Assembly (NCBI GenBank): GCA_007692605.1
Contig: REBS01000118.1
Location: forward strand, 45,532-109,531
From: Gemmatimonadales bacterium
GTDB taxonomy: Bacteria; Gemmatimonadota; Gemmatimonadetes; Longimicrobiales; Gaopeijiaceae
Direction: 5' to 3'
DNA: 64,000 nucleotides
Shown: positions 8,409 to 18,308 of the stretch, one piece after another
Position numbering within the stretch: position 1 is the stretch's first letter
How the letters are laid out: the number at the start of each line of letters is the position of its first letter
The notes under the pieces: generated by a model
The model's database searches: none
What the model was told of the DNA's origin: nothing
Seen by the model: only the letters and a program-made list of their open reading frames with translations
Made by a program: the position numbers and the translations under genes

Positions 8409-10988
8409 CTACCGGCGAAACTCGCTCTCGGCATCCGAGTCGTCGACCACACTGGTGATCGGCGCGACCGGCTGGTTGACGTCGGCATCCTTCACGTAGT
8501 GGTCGAGCCAAGCCACCCAGCGGGTCCACATGTCCAGGAGCGTCTCGCGCGTCGCCTGTCCATGCCCTTCGTACGGGTACATGTAGAGCGCGGCGGTCTT
8601 CCCCAACCCGTTGAGCGCGTGGATCAGGCGCCAGGAGTTGTCGGGGAAGGTTCCGGTGTTCTGGTCGTCTTCACCGTGGTAGATCAGAAGGGCGCCGTTG
8701 AGCTGGTCGGCCCAGAGGAAGGGAGAGAGGTTCTTGTAGGTCTCGCGCGCATCCCACAGGTTCCGACGCTCCGTCTGGAAGCCCAGCGGGGTGAGGAGCC
8801 GGTTCGAGTTCGGGGCTCCGGCGATCCCGGCCCGGAAGTACGGGGTGTGGACCATCGCGTTGATCGTCCCGAACCCGCCGTACGAGTGTCCCCCCAGCGC
8901 CAGACGCTGACGGTCCACCCATCCCCGGGCGTCCAGCGCGTCGATCGTCGCCAGGTGGTTCGCACGCAGATCGATCAGGTAGTTGTCGTTGATCCGGTTC
9001 GACGGTCCGATCGTGGGATGGTCCGGCTGGATCACCGCGTAGCCCGCCACGGTGAGGATCTCCATGCTGCGCGCCCCCACCGAGGGGAAGCTGTTCTTGT
9101 TGTAGGTCCTCAGGGTGTTCTCGTAGGACTCCACATCGGAATACTCGCGCGGGTAGTGCCAGAAGATCGCCGGCAGGCGGGTGCCCTCCTGGTAATCGGC
9201 CGGAAGGGTCACATCCACCTTGAACGAGACCCCGTCGACCCGCGTCACCATGATCCGCTCCCGGATCGCGTTCGTCACGGGCTCGTGGTGATCCACGTTC
9301 CGGGTAAGCTGGCGCAGATCCCCACTGCTCCGGTCGAGGAGCCAGGAGTCCGGAATCATCGTCGGAGCTTCGCGGGCCAGGACCAGTCGGTTCATGTCGT
9401 CATCGAGGACTCCGGTGATCCGCTCGAACACCTCGGCGTCGGACTCGAACACCCGCTCCGACTCTCCGCTGCGGATCACGACCCGGTCGACGAAGGGCCG
9501 GGGAGCATCCTCGTCGGGGTTCTCGAAGTACTGCGTCCCGGAGAGGTAGACGTGCGCCCCATCGGACGAGAGCCGGACCACCGAGACGCCGAGATCATTC
9601 GAGGTCCCCATCAGGCTCCCGGGGTTCTCGAAGAACTCGTCGAGCTCCCACCGGTAGATCTCGTGTCGCGTCTCGGTGTCCGCCAGCTCGACCGCATAGA
9701 GCGTCTCGGTGCCCTGCCGGCGCTCGGTCACGAAGAGCCAGTCGGCGTCGGGCGAGAACCGGGCGCTGCGGATCTCCCGCTCGCTTGCGAACAGCTCGAC
9801 CTCGGTGCCCTCGTCGTACGGGGGCAGCCAGTGCAGGACCCGGTCCATCCGGGGCCCGTCGTTGCGGGCGTCCTCGTCTCCGGTATCATCGTCGTCGGAG
9901 CGCTCGGGATCCCGCTGCAGGAAGGTGATCCCCTCTCCACCGGGGTGCCAGCTGATCGAGCGGCGCGGCTCCTCTTCGTCGTCGTCTTCGTTCCCGTTCT
10001 GCGACCCGTCACGAAGCTCCCGGCGCTCGACCTCCAGCAGCACCTCGCCGGAGAGGTCCCAGATCTCGTCGAGATCGCCGAAGAGCGAAGCGGGCACGAT
10101 GTACGAGAAGGGGCGCTCGGTGGTCCGCACCCGAACGTTCATTCCGTCCGGCGACACATCGACGGACTCGATCATCGAGGGCGCACCGACGGCCACCGGA
10201 TCCCCGCCATCTGCGGGAAAGCGCATCAGCTGTCCGGTCGTGTAGTACTCGAGGAGGTCTTCCTCGTGCGGATCCCTCAGCAGTGAAGCATATGTGCGAA
10301 GGGTGTTCTCCTCTTCGGAGGTGATCCGGATCAACGGCGTCCGAGGCACCGCCGGGCGCATCGGCTCGATATCGCGGTCCGCGGGGAGTCCGACCGCGAA
10401 CAGGTTCTGTCCATCCCCGCTCCACTGGGCAGAGGTGACCCGGGTCGCCAGGAGCGGACTCGTCGAGAGCTGGCGGGACTCACCGGTCGCCACGTCGGCC
10501 ACGTACAGGTGCGTCTCGGTATCGGAGTGGGCCAGGAAGGCCACCCGGCTCCCGTCGGGGGACCAGGAAGCACCGGTGACCGAGTGTCCGTCGGGAACCC
10601 GGATATCCCGGGCCTCGCCCGTCTCGGCGTCCATCAGTCGGAATCCCGCCGAGCCTCGTGTGGTGAGGTTTCGCGACCGGTTCGCGACCGGATCGATCTC
10701 GACCCCACCCAGTCGGTAGTACGTGCGGGCGAAGAGTTCGAGAGGGGGAAGCCCTTCGCTCTCGGAGTCCAGAAAGTAACGCCCGTCCGGACTCAGGTTC
10801 GTGAGCAGGACGTTCTCGTGGCGCGGAGCGTCGACGAGGGCCAGGATCTCGGGAGAGGGTTCGAGATAGCCCTCAGTCTGAAGGGCGGCGCTCTGGGCCT
10901 CGAGTCCGAAGGGTAGCAGCAACGCCAGGGTCAACCCGGCGAAAAGGCTCCGGCGGAGGCCCCCGACGAGGGAAGCGTCGAAGGTCAT
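8409..10988 (-). CDS. S9 family (prolyl oligopeptidase / dipeptidyl peptidase type) serine peptidase with an N-terminal beta-propeller
   Basis: Start MTFDASLVGG follows GGAGAC, and a signal peptide is present. SPDG propeller-like repeats are followed by the C-terminal GGHSYGGFG nucleophile elbow. The 1272-aa ORF extension upstream overlaps the next gene and is rejected. Confidence 0.85.
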   Translation of the reverse strand: MTFDASLVGGLRRSLFAGLTLALLLPFGLEAQSAALQTEGYLEPSPEILALVDAPRHENVLLTNLSPDGRYFLDSESEGLPPLELFARTYYRLGGVEIDPVANRSRNLTTRGSAGFRLMDAETGEARDIRVPDGHSVTGASWSPDGSRVAFLAHSDTETHLYVADVATGESRQLSTSPLLATRVTSAQWSGDGQNLFAVGLPADRDIEPMRPAVPRTPLIRITSEEENTLRTYASLLRDPHEEDLLEYYTTGQLMRFPADGGDPVAVGAPSMIESVDVSPDGMNVRVRTTERPFSYIVPASLFGDLDEIWDLSGEVLLEVERRELRDGSQNGNEDDDEEEPRRSISWHPGGEGITFLQRDPERSDDDDTGDEDARNDGPRMDRVLHWLPPYDEGTEVELFASEREIRSARFSPDADWLFVTERRQGTETLYAVELADTETRHEIYRWELDEFFENPGSLMGTSNDLGVSVVRLSSDGAHVYLSGTQYFENPDEDAPRPFVDRVVIRSGESERVFESDAEVFERITGVLDDDMNRLVLAREAPTMIPDSWLLDRSSGDLRQLTRNVDHHEPVTNAIRERIMVTRVDGVSFKVDVTLPADYQEGTRLPAIFWHYPREYSDVESYENTLRTYNKNSFPSVGARSMEILTVAGYAVIQPDHPTIGPSNRINDNYLIDLRANHLATIDALDARGWVDRQRLALGGHSYGGFGTINAMVHTPYFRAGIAGAPNSNRLLTPLGFQTERRNLWDARETYKNLSPFLWADQLNGALLIYHGEDDQNTGTFPDNSWRLIHALNGLGKTAALYMYPYEGHGQATRETLLDMWTRWVAWLDHYVKDADVNQPVAPITSVVDDSDAESEFRR

Positions 10989-11080
10989 GGGTCGGTCTCC
11001 TGCAGATTGTTGGGGTACGGGAATGCGAACATAGTAGGACGTGCGGACCTGACGAGGCAAGACGGACGAGGCCGGGACGG

Positions 11081-12844
11081 TCAGGGCAGCCTCGGAAGTC
11101 CCCGGTCCTGGGCAGGAGTGAGCACACGTCCGGGAAGCGCGCCGGTAAGCTCCCCGTCCCGTACCACGAAGGTCCCCTCGACCAGGACGTGCGGAAGACC
11201 TGCGGGGAACTGGTGAGGGTCGAAGAAGGTCGTCCGGTCCTCGAGGTCCTCGGGGTGGAAGACAACGAGATCGGCCACGAAGCCCTCCCTGACCTGGCCC
11301 CGGTCCTTCAGACCGAGGACCTGCGCCGGCAGCGAGGTCGCGGAGCGCACGGCGTGTGGCACCGAGAGCACCCCGCGATCCCGGGCGTAGTGCCCGATCT
11401 TGCGAGGGAAGGTCCCGTAGAACCGGACGTGCACGAACCCGTCTTCGGGAACCGCAATCCCCCCGTCGGATGCCGTCAGCATCCAGTCGCGACTCGCGTA
11501 GGCTTCGAAGTCCATCTCGTGCAGCGAGAACCCACGCAGGTGCGCCCCTCCTCGTCGACTCCGATCCCCTTCGGACTGGAGGCGGAAGGCGACATCGACC
11601 GGGTCGAGATTCCACTCCCGGGCCAGCTCCTCGACGGAACGCCCGTCGAGCGAATCGTCGGGGTGGCTCAGGATCAGCAGTCGGTCGGGTCCGCCCCGCC
11701 GCCGGATCTCGTGGGCCACATCCCCCCTCAGCGCCGCGGCCTCCTCTTCGACCGCCAGAACGGCCTCGATGGCGTCGGCGTTGCTCGCGTCGTCGTCGCC
11801 GAGCAGGTCCCGTCCGCGCGCGAACGCCCAGCCCGGGATCAGCACCGTGTTCCCGTCGCTCCCCGTGGTCTCGTACGGGTAGTGGTCCCCGTAGATGGGA
11901 ACACCGCGGTCCCGGGCGGCCTCGATGAGCTGGATCACCGTGTGGCTGGTGCCCCAGTAGTGCGACCCCTTGGCCTTGAGGTGGGAGGCGACCGAGGGCA
12001 CTCCGGTCCGCTCGGCGATCTCGATCGTCTCCAGCACCGCGTCGATCAGGGTCGGGGGGCCGGGCTCGTCCTGACTCGGCCAGTACCACATCGGATCGGA
12101 GCCCTCGCTGCGCTGATGGGCCACGTAGACCCCTCCGCCATCGGCGACTGCTCCGACCGCCGCCACCACCTCGTCGGTCTCGGCCCAGCGGCCCGGATTG
12201 TACTCGAGCGCCGAGGAGATACCCCACGCGCCATCGGCCATCCCCTCGCGCACCAGTTCCCCGATCCGTTCGATCTCGTCGGGTGTCGCCGGACGATCGA
12301 CACCGTCCTCCATCGCCAGCCGCCTCACCTGACCATGACCCACGAGCACGATCACATTCGGCCCGTGCCCCCGTTCGACCAGGGTGGAGACCTGATCCCG
12401 GATCGGCCAGGGCGAGCGGCCGTCCTGGTTGATCACCACCGTCGTGATCCCCTGGGCCACCAGGGAAGGAGCCGCGCGGAATCGGGGGTCCTCATGCATC
12501 AGTCGCCCGTCCCCGTGCGAGTGGATGTCGATGAATCCGGGAGCCACCATGTGCCCGGACACGTCGACGTCGTTCGTCGCGGTCACACCGGACAGATCAC
12601 CCACCACCGCGATCCGTCCGTCACGGATGCCCACGTCCCCGTGAAACCACGGGTTGCCCGTCCCATCGAGGATCTGTCCACCCCGAAGGATGAGATCGAG
12701 AGCGGGGGGAGCCGCACTCCGGGTGGCCTCGTCCTGGGCGCCCACCGCCGGCGGCGTCAGCAACGGGAGAAGCAGGGCGAAGACCACACCTGCGAGGAGG
12801 CCCGGGGAGCCGGAAGGGGCGAGGGAACGGATGGATCGAATCAT
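11081..12844 (-). CDS. N-acyl-D-amino-acid deacylase (D-aminoacylase) family amidohydrolase, secreted
   Basis: Start MIRSIRS with a signal peptide. Shows GGQILDGTGNPWF..DVGIRDGRIAVVGD..APGFIDIHSHGD, the metal-binding HxH block of the D-aminoacylase clade. Its ATG overlaps the stop of abgT (ATGA). Confidence 0.8.
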   Translation of the reverse strand: MIRSIRSLAPSGSPGLLAGVVFALLLPLLTPPAVGAQDEATRSAAPPALDLILRGGQILDGTGNPWFHGDVGIRDGRIAVVGDLSGVTATNDVDVSGHMVAPGFIDIHSHGDGRLMHEDPRFRAAPSLVAQGITTVVINQDGRSPWPIRDQVSTLVERGHGPNVIVLVGHGQVRRLAMEDGVDRPATPDEIERIGELVREGMADGAWGISSALEYNPGRWAETDEVVAAVGAVADGGGVYVAHQRSEGSDPMWYWPSQDEPGPPTLIDAVLETIEIAERTGVPSVASHLKAKGSHYWGTSHTVIQLIEAARDRGVPIYGDHYPYETTGSDGNTVLIPGWAFARGRDLLGDDDASNADAIEAVLAVEEEAAALRGDVAHEIRRRGGPDRLLILSHPDDSLDGRSVEELAREWNLDPVDVAFRLQSEGDRSRRGGAHLRGFSLHEMDFEAYASRDWMLTASDGGIAVPEDGFVHVRFYGTFPRKIGHYARDRGVLSVPHAVRSATSLPAQVLGLKDRGQVREGFVADLVVFHPEDLEDRTTFFDPHQFPAGLPHVLVEGTFVVRDGELTGALPGRVLTPAQDRGLPRLP

Positions 12845-14388
12845 GGCACGTACTCCAGTGGTGCATCCGGCCCCAGCGGGATCCCGAACCAGACCCAGAT
12901 CAGGAGCATCGGCACGGCGGTGAATGCGAAGACGACCGAGTAGGGCAGCATGGCCGATATGAGAGTCCCCAGCCCGATGTCCTTCTCGTACTTCTGCGCG
13001 AAGATGATGACCAGTGGATAGTACGGAAGCAGGGGGGTCAGAATGTTCGTGAAGGAATCCCCGATCCGGTACGCCGCCTGGGTCAGCTCCGGAGAATATC
13101 CCAGGAACATGAGCATTGGCACGAAGACCGGAGCCATGATCGCCCATTTCGCCGATGCGCTTCCGATGAAAAGGTTGATGAAGCCGGACACCAGGATGAA
13201 GGCGGTGATCAGGGGCAGCCCGGTGAAGCCGACCGCACGCAGACCGTCGGCCCCGGAGATCGCGAGGATCAGCCCCAGGTTCGACCAATTGAAGAACGCG
13301 ATGAAGTGCGCGGCCACGAAGGCAAGGACGATGTACGCCCCCATCGAGGCCATCGTCTCGGAGGTCATCGACGCCACCTCCTTGTCACTCTTGATCTTCC
13401 CCGTCACCATCCCGTAGACGAGTCCCGGCAGGAAGAAGACGAAGAGCATCAGGGCCACGATCGAGGAGAGCAGCGGGTCGATCTCACCCGCCTCGCCGCG
13501 CAGGACCCCGTCGGTGGGGATCGCCATCCATCCAATCACCGCCAGCGTAGCAAGCACCGCGAGCCCCGCCGCCCACAGCCCCCGGCGCTCCACGACCGTC
13601 AACGCCTTCTGCTCCTCGACCTCGAGCCCCCCCGTATACTCGCCCAGCCGGGGCTCGAGGATCTTCTCGGTCACCAGGGTGCCCCCGATGGTGAAGACCG
13701 GCACCAGCGCCGCCATGATGTACCAGTTTGCCGTCGCAGCCACGGTGTAGGTCGGATCGACCACCTGGGCCGCCGGTTCGGTGAAGCCCGCCAGGAGCGG
13801 ATCGAGGGCGGTCAGAATCAAGTTCGAGCTGAATCCGCCCGAAACGCCGGCGAACGCCGCGGCGAGCCCCGCGATCGGGTGCCGGCCCATGCCATGAAAA
13901 ATGACGGCTCCCAACGGGATAAGGACCACATACCCCGCATCGACCGCCAACGAGGACAGGAGCCCACCGAGCACGAGGGCGGTGGTGACCAGCCAGTTGG
14001 GAACACTGCTCACGAATGCCTTGAGAGCGGTCTCGATGAGTCCGGTGCGCTCGGCCACCCCGATCCCGATCATGACCACCAGCACGAGTCCCAGCGGTGG
14101 GAAGTCGGTGAAGGTTCGGGGCATCTCGACCAGGATACGCCGGATGCTCTCGGCGGTCAGGAGGTTCACCGCGGTGATCTCTTCCGAAGTTCCCGGGTGA
14201 ACCGCACTCAGGTCGAGCCAGGTCGCGATCCACGAGGCCAGGAGCACCATCCCCATGAAGATCACGAACAGGGTGATCGGGTCGGGCAGTCGGTTCCCCG
14301 TTCGCTCCACGAAGTTGAGCGCCCAGTCCGCTCCCCTCGTGATGATCCCCCGATCCTCGATTGCCTCCCCCGGACGTCCCTGACTCAC
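12841..14388 (-). CDS. abgT: AbgT family (p-aminobenzoyl-glutamate / dipeptide type) transporter
   Basis: GTG start preceded by GGAGG. The N-terminus NFVERTGNRLPDPITLFV followed by a polytopic membrane protein is typical of AbgT. Confidence 0.8.
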   Translation of the reverse strand: MSQGRPGEAIEDRGIITRGADWALNFVERTGNRLPDPITLFVIFMGMVLLASWIATWLDLSAVHPGTSEEITAVNLLTAESIRRILVEMPRTFTDFPPLGLVLVVMIGIGVAERTGLIETALKAFVSSVPNWLVTTALVLGGLLSSLAVDAGYVVLIPLGAVIFHGMGRHPIAGLAAAFAGVSGGFSSNLILTALDPLLAGFTEPAAQVVDPTYTVAATANWYIMAALVPVFTIGGTLVTEKILEPRLGEYTGGLEVEEQKALTVVERRGLWAAGLAVLATLAVIGWMAIPTDGVLRGEAGEIDPLLSSIVALMLFVFFLPGLVYGMVTGKIKSDKEVASMTSETMASMGAYIVLAFVAAHFIAFFNWSNLGLILAISGADGLRAVGFTGLPLITAFILVSGFINLFIGSASAKWAIMAPVFVPMLMFLGYSPELTQAAYRIGDSFTNILTPLLPYYPLVIIFAQKYEKDIGLGTLISAMLPYSVVFAFTAVPMLLIWVWFGIPLGPDAPLEYVP

Positions 14389-14592
14389 CCGCCACCTCCC
14401 GGAATGATTTGCTCGAACTTCACGACTCTGGCCAGCTGGACCCTTGAATAAGGTGCGGGAAGAGGTAACACACTCCGGGGAGTCGGAAAAGTCACGGCCC
14501 CCGTCAGGCTGGACGAAATGGCGGGTCGCAGGCTAGAATCGGTCATCACGATCATTGATCCGTCACTGATGTTCCCCGATTAAGGAGGGGAT

Positions 14593-15867
14593 ATGCCACG
14601 TACCCGGGCGAGTTCGAGCCAGACCGACGACGACAAGCGCCGCTGGGCTCCCACCCCCCCACTCCTGCGTGATCCCGACGGGCCCGGCCCCGAGGGACTG
14701 ACGATCGTGGGGGAACTCGCCTCCCCGCTCGGGGGCCTCCTCTGGAAGACCTACCGTTCCATCCTTCTCTGGGGCCAGACGGATCCAGAGGATCGCGCCG
14801 GACTCTTCGGCACCGGCACCTCGAAGCGGAGGGCCGGCGAGATCGAGTCCGTACTGGAAGGAGCCAACCTCGAACTTCGCGAGCCTCTCGACGTCACGGT
14901 CAGTATGCTCACCGAGCCCGAAGTGATGGAGGAGAGCCGGATCGGCCAGGCCGCACGCCGCATTTCCACCTGGGCACGATCCCACCCGGCGCCGGACACC
15001 GAGTTCGAGTTTCTGCGGGTCGCCGCCGCCGCAGATCCGACGAATCCCCACTTCGCCCTGGGCGTCGCCGAAGCGGCCCGGGATCGAATGCTTCCGGCCG
15101 TCGCGGAAGCGTGGTATTTCCGGACCATCGGGCTCGCCCGTCGGAAGGCCGACTGGCCGCCCTACATCGAGGCCTACCTAGCGCACGGATCCATGATGCT
15201 CGATCGAGGGTCGATCCCCGCGGCGCGCGAAAGCTTCCTGAAGGGATTTCGGCGAGCCACCCGGCTGGGCCAGGTGGAAGCGAAGGCACGGGCGCTCCAC
15301 TCCCTGTTCACCCTCGAGGGGGCCGCCGGAAACACGGACGAGGCACCGGACTTCGCGGGGCAAGCCATCGAGCTGCTCGGAGCCGGGCATCCGGAACTCC
15401 CGCCCCTGGCCCGGGACCTCGCCTTCTTCTGGCTCCGCAATCGCTATTTCGCCCTTGCTCTCGACGCGTTTGCAGCGATCAGCGAACGAGCGCCTCGTGC
15501 GGAACTCCCGTCCATCCTCGGTGGCATGGCCCGCGCCGCGGCGGCCACACCCGACATCGAGCGGTTCGAAGAGGCCCGGAACCGGCTCTCGCAGCTTTCC
15601 GGGGGCCCCGGTGTCGCCGAGGCGTGGCTCGACGTCGCTCGGGCAGCGCTCCAGCTCGGCAACTCCGAAGCGGCGGAGGCGGCCGCAGGCCACGCCCGAC
15701 GCCTCGCGCGCCAGAGCCCCGGCGGCCAGATCGAGTTTCTCGCGGGCGTGCTACTCGACAAATCCGATCAAGACCGTCATACTCGCCCTGAACCCAACAT
15801 CGACGTGGACGGGCGGCAGTCCGCTCTGGCCGAACGGCTGATCCAGCTCCTGAGCGAGCCCGGCTGA
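14593..15867 (+). CDS. hypothetical helical-repeat (TPR-like) protein
   Basis: Strong RBS (TAAGGAGGGGATATG). The Ala/Leu-rich helical repeats are suggestive of TPR. No catalytic motif recognised. Confidence 0.6.
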   Translation: MPRTRASSSQTDDDKRRWAPTPPLLRDPDGPGPEGLTIVGELASPLGGLLWKTYRSILLWGQTDPEDRAGLFGTGTSKRRAGEIESVLEGANLELREPLDVTVSMLTEPEVMEESRIGQAARRISTWARSHPAPDTEFEFLRVAAAADPTNPHFALGVAEAARDRMLPAVAEAWYFRTIGLARRKADWPPYIEAYLAHGSMMLDRGSIPAARESFLKGFRRATRLGQVEAKARALHSLFTLEGAAGNTDEAPDFAGQAIELLGAGHPELPPLARDLAFFWLRNRYFALALDAFAAISERAPRAELPSILGGMARAAAATPDIERFEEARNRLSQLSGGPGVAEAWLDVARAALQLGNSEAAEAAAGHARRLARQSPGGQIEFLAGVLLDKSDQDRHTRPEPNIDVDGRQSALAERLIQLLSEPG

Positions 15868-15920
15868 TCCACATGTGTGCCGGCTCCATCGCCCGCTCCC
15901 TGAAAAGGCTTGGTTGACCC

Positions 15921-16739
15921 ATGCAAGAACAGAGTCGTCCCCTCTTCTTCCTTCACGCCAACCGAACGTTCGCCCGCCGCATCCGCGACGCCTCGTCGGA
16001 CCGGTTCTCGATGGAGCGCGTCAAGGACTGGTCGCACCTGCGCACCACCATGGAGTCGGCTCCACCCGCCGCGCTCGTCCTGGTGGATCCGTTCTACGGA
16101 ACCCGCTCCAAGGTCACCCCTGCGCGGGAGTTGCAGGAGATTCTGAACTCGTTTCCGTCGAGCACGGTTCTCGCCGCCATGGAGAGCCCTCCCACCCACC
16201 ACCAGGTCTTCTGGAAGCTGGGGGAGTGGGGGATTTCCGAGATCGTACAGACCGACGACGACGCGAGCGAGGTCGCCCTTCGGCGTCGACTGCGAGAAAC
16301 GCGGGCCCAGCCTCTCCGCCGTCTGTTGGCGTCGGAACAGAGCTACCGTCTCACGGGCCGTGCCCGCACCATCCTGGACGCGGCCGTCGAGACCGTCATG
16401 CGGGGCGAGCACCCGAGGGAGCTGGCAGAGACGCTCGGCTTTTCTCCCTCGACCCTGCTGCGCTGGTGCCAGCGCTCGCAGTTGCCGACTCCCCGCCGAC
16501 TCCTCCTCTGGATGCGGATCCTCTTCGCCTCGGCCCTTCTCGACGACCCGGGGCATTCCGTATCGAGTGTCGGAAAGGCCTGCGGCTACTCCGGAGACCA
16601 GGCGCTGCGCCGGGCGATCCGGGCGATCCTCCCATACACCCCTTCGGAGTTGCGTGAAATGGGAGCCTTCGAGACCGTATCCCAGGCGTTTTTCGCCGAA
16701 CTCGAAAAACTCCACGACCCGCAGGCCGAGAAGCGCTGA
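15921..16739 (+). CDS. AraC-family HTH transcriptional regulator with a degenerate receiver-like N-terminal domain
   Basis: The C-terminus has an AraC-type double HTH (LAETLGFSPSTLLRWCQ ... VSSVGKACGYSGDQALRRAIR). The N-terminus resembles CheY (ALVLVDPF) but lacks the N-terminal acidic pair. Confidence 0.65.
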   Translation: MQEQSRPLFFLHANRTFARRIRDASSDRFSMERVKDWSHLRTTMESAPPAALVLVDPFYGTRSKVTPARELQEILNSFPSSTVLAAMESPPTHHQVFWKLGEWGISEIVQTDDDASEVALRRRLRETRAQPLRRLLASEQSYRLTGRARTILDAAVETVMRGEHPRELAETLGFSPSTLLRWCQRSQLPTPRRLLLWMRILFASALLDDPGHSVSSVGKACGYSGDQALRRAIRAILPYTPSELREMGAFETVSQAFFAELEKLHDPQAEKR

Positions 16740-16742
16740 CCT

Positions 16743-17567
16743 TTGGATCCCATCATCCACAATATCGACCCGTTCCTCATCCGGTTCACGGATGGGTTCG
16801 GGATCCGCTGGTATTCCATCCCCTACATCCTGGGGATGGTGATCGTCTACCTGTCCCTTCGAAAGGCCTCGCTCCAGAACCGGATCGAGAACCTCACCGA
16901 GGAGGGCGCCGAGAGCTTCGTGCTCCTGGCGATCGCAGGGGCGCTCATCGGAGCCCGGTTCTTTCATGTCTTCGTCTTCGAATTCGATCGGTACGGCTTC
17001 GATCCGGCGGCGTGGATCGCGGTCTGGCGGGGGGGGCTCGCCTTCCATGGAGGGCTCGCCGGGATCCTGCTCGTGACCTTCTGGTTCTCGCGAAGGCACC
17101 AGATTCCCGTCTACAGCCTGACCGACCGGATCGCGGTTCCGGTGCTCGTTGCGCTGGGACTCGGTCGGATCGCGAATTTTATCAACGCGGAGATGTACGG
17201 GACGCTCTACGACGGGGTCTTCTGCGTGGATTACTCCCAGAGCGAGTACATGGCGCAGCCGCCCGAGGGCTGCCGGCATCCGACCCAGCTCTACCAGTCT
17301 CTCAAGAATTTCGGCATGGCCGGCGTCCTCCTCCTGGTCCGCGAGCGGGTCAAGCCGCCTCCGGGAACGCTCACCTGGTCCTTCGTGGCCGGGTACGGGG
17401 TCATCCGCTTCTTTCTGATGTACGTGCGTGAGGAGCGGACCGTCTGGATGGACCTCACCCTCTCCCAGATCTTCTCGGGGCTCATGGGGCTCCTGGGGCT
17501 CGTGATGCTCGCCTGGGTGCTCACCCGCAAGCAGCCGGCGCCGCAGGCCGGCCGGCGCAGTCGGTAG
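16743..17567 (+). CDS. lgt: prolipoprotein diacylglyceryl transferase
   Basis: TTG start. Shows IRWYSIPYILG, GGLAFHGGLAG and GRIANFINAEMYG, which are Lgt signature blocks. Confidence 0.85.
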   Translation: MDPIIHNIDPFLIRFTDGFGIRWYSIPYILGMVIVYLSLRKASLQNRIENLTEEGAESFVLLAIAGALIGARFFHVFVFEFDRYGFDPAAWIAVWRGGLAFHGGLAGILLVTFWFSRRHQIPVYSLTDRIAVPVLVALGLGRIANFINAEMYGTLYDGVFCVDYSQSEYMAQPPEGCRHPTQLYQSLKNFGMAGVLLLVRERVKPPPGTLTWSFVAGYGVIRFFLMYVREERTVWMDLTLSQIFSGLMGLLGLVMLAWVLTRKQPAPQAGRRSR

Positions 17568-17579
17568 CGGAACGGAGAG

Positions 17580-18308
17580 GTGCCCCCAGCGGTAGCCAGA
17601 GGTATGTCTACCAACGCTGAGCCGTCTCCCGACCCAACCCGCCCTCGAGACGAATCGCAGGCCGATGCCCCACCCGCGGACTCGGCGCTGATCCTCGTCG
17701 ACATCCAGCCGGACTTCCTTCCCGGGGGCAGCCTCGCCGTCGATGAGGGGGACCGGATCCTCGGGGGGGTCCGCAGCCTGATGGTATCCGGGGATTTTCC
17801 GGTTCAGGTGGCGACCCAGGACTGGCACCCGCCGAACCATCGATCCTTCGCCTCGAACCACGACGGGGGCGAGCCCTTCGGCGAGATCACCCTGCACGGA
17901 CACCCACAGGTCCTCTGGCCGGATCACTGCGTGCAGGACACCCCCGGGGCGGAGCTTCACCCGGAACTCCCCTGGCAGCGCGTCTCGGCGATCATCCGGA
18001 AGGGTCTCGACCCCGAGGTCGACTCCTATTCCGGATTTCGCAACAACTGGGGGCCCGATGGCTCCCGCCCGGCCACGGGACTGGCCGGGCTCCTGAGGGA
18101 ACGGGGGGTCGGGCACCTGGTGGTCTGCGGGCTCGCGCGCGACTACTGCGTTCGATGGACCGTCGAGGACGCACTCGACGAGGGATTCGCGGTCACCCTC
18201 GTCTGGGACCTGACGCGCTCCGTCGACCCCTCGGGTGACGAGGAGCTGCACGCCGGGCTCGCCGACCGGGGCGCCCGCATCCTGAACCGTGCTGACCTGA
18301 AGCCTTGA
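17580..18308 (+). CDS. pncA: nicotinamidase / pyrazinamidase (isochorismatase fold)
   Basis: Shows LILVDIQPDFLPGGSL, QDWHPPNHRSF, PDHCVQDTPG and VCGLARDYCV, covering the Asp, metal-binding His and catalytic Cys blocks. An alternative ATG start lies at 17604. Confidence 0.8.
   Translation: MPPAVARGMSTNAEPSPDPTRPRDESQADAPPADSALILVDIQPDFLPGGSLAVDEGDRILGGVRSLMVSGDFPVQVATQDWHPPNHRSFASNHDGGEPFGEITLHGHPQVLWPDHCVQDTPGAELHPELPWQRVSAIIRKGLDPEVDSYSGFRNNWGPDGSRPATGLAGLLRERGVGHLVVCGLARDYCVRWTVEDALDEGFAVTLVWDLTRSVDPSGDEELHAGLADRGARILNRADLKP

Noticed and set aside
10989-12227. N-terminal 413-aa extension of the S9 peptidase ORF (8409-12227). Similar upstream extensions exist for other ORFs: 5080-5235, 11081-13288, 19561-19746, 24400-25839, 37014-40451, 57121-57417, 60187-60279 and 60645-61787.
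   Set aside because: The extensions overlap the neighbouring, well-supported gene in another frame and lack coding character. Internal starts with an RBS and/or signal peptide, or stop-start overlaps, give proteins of the expected family length.
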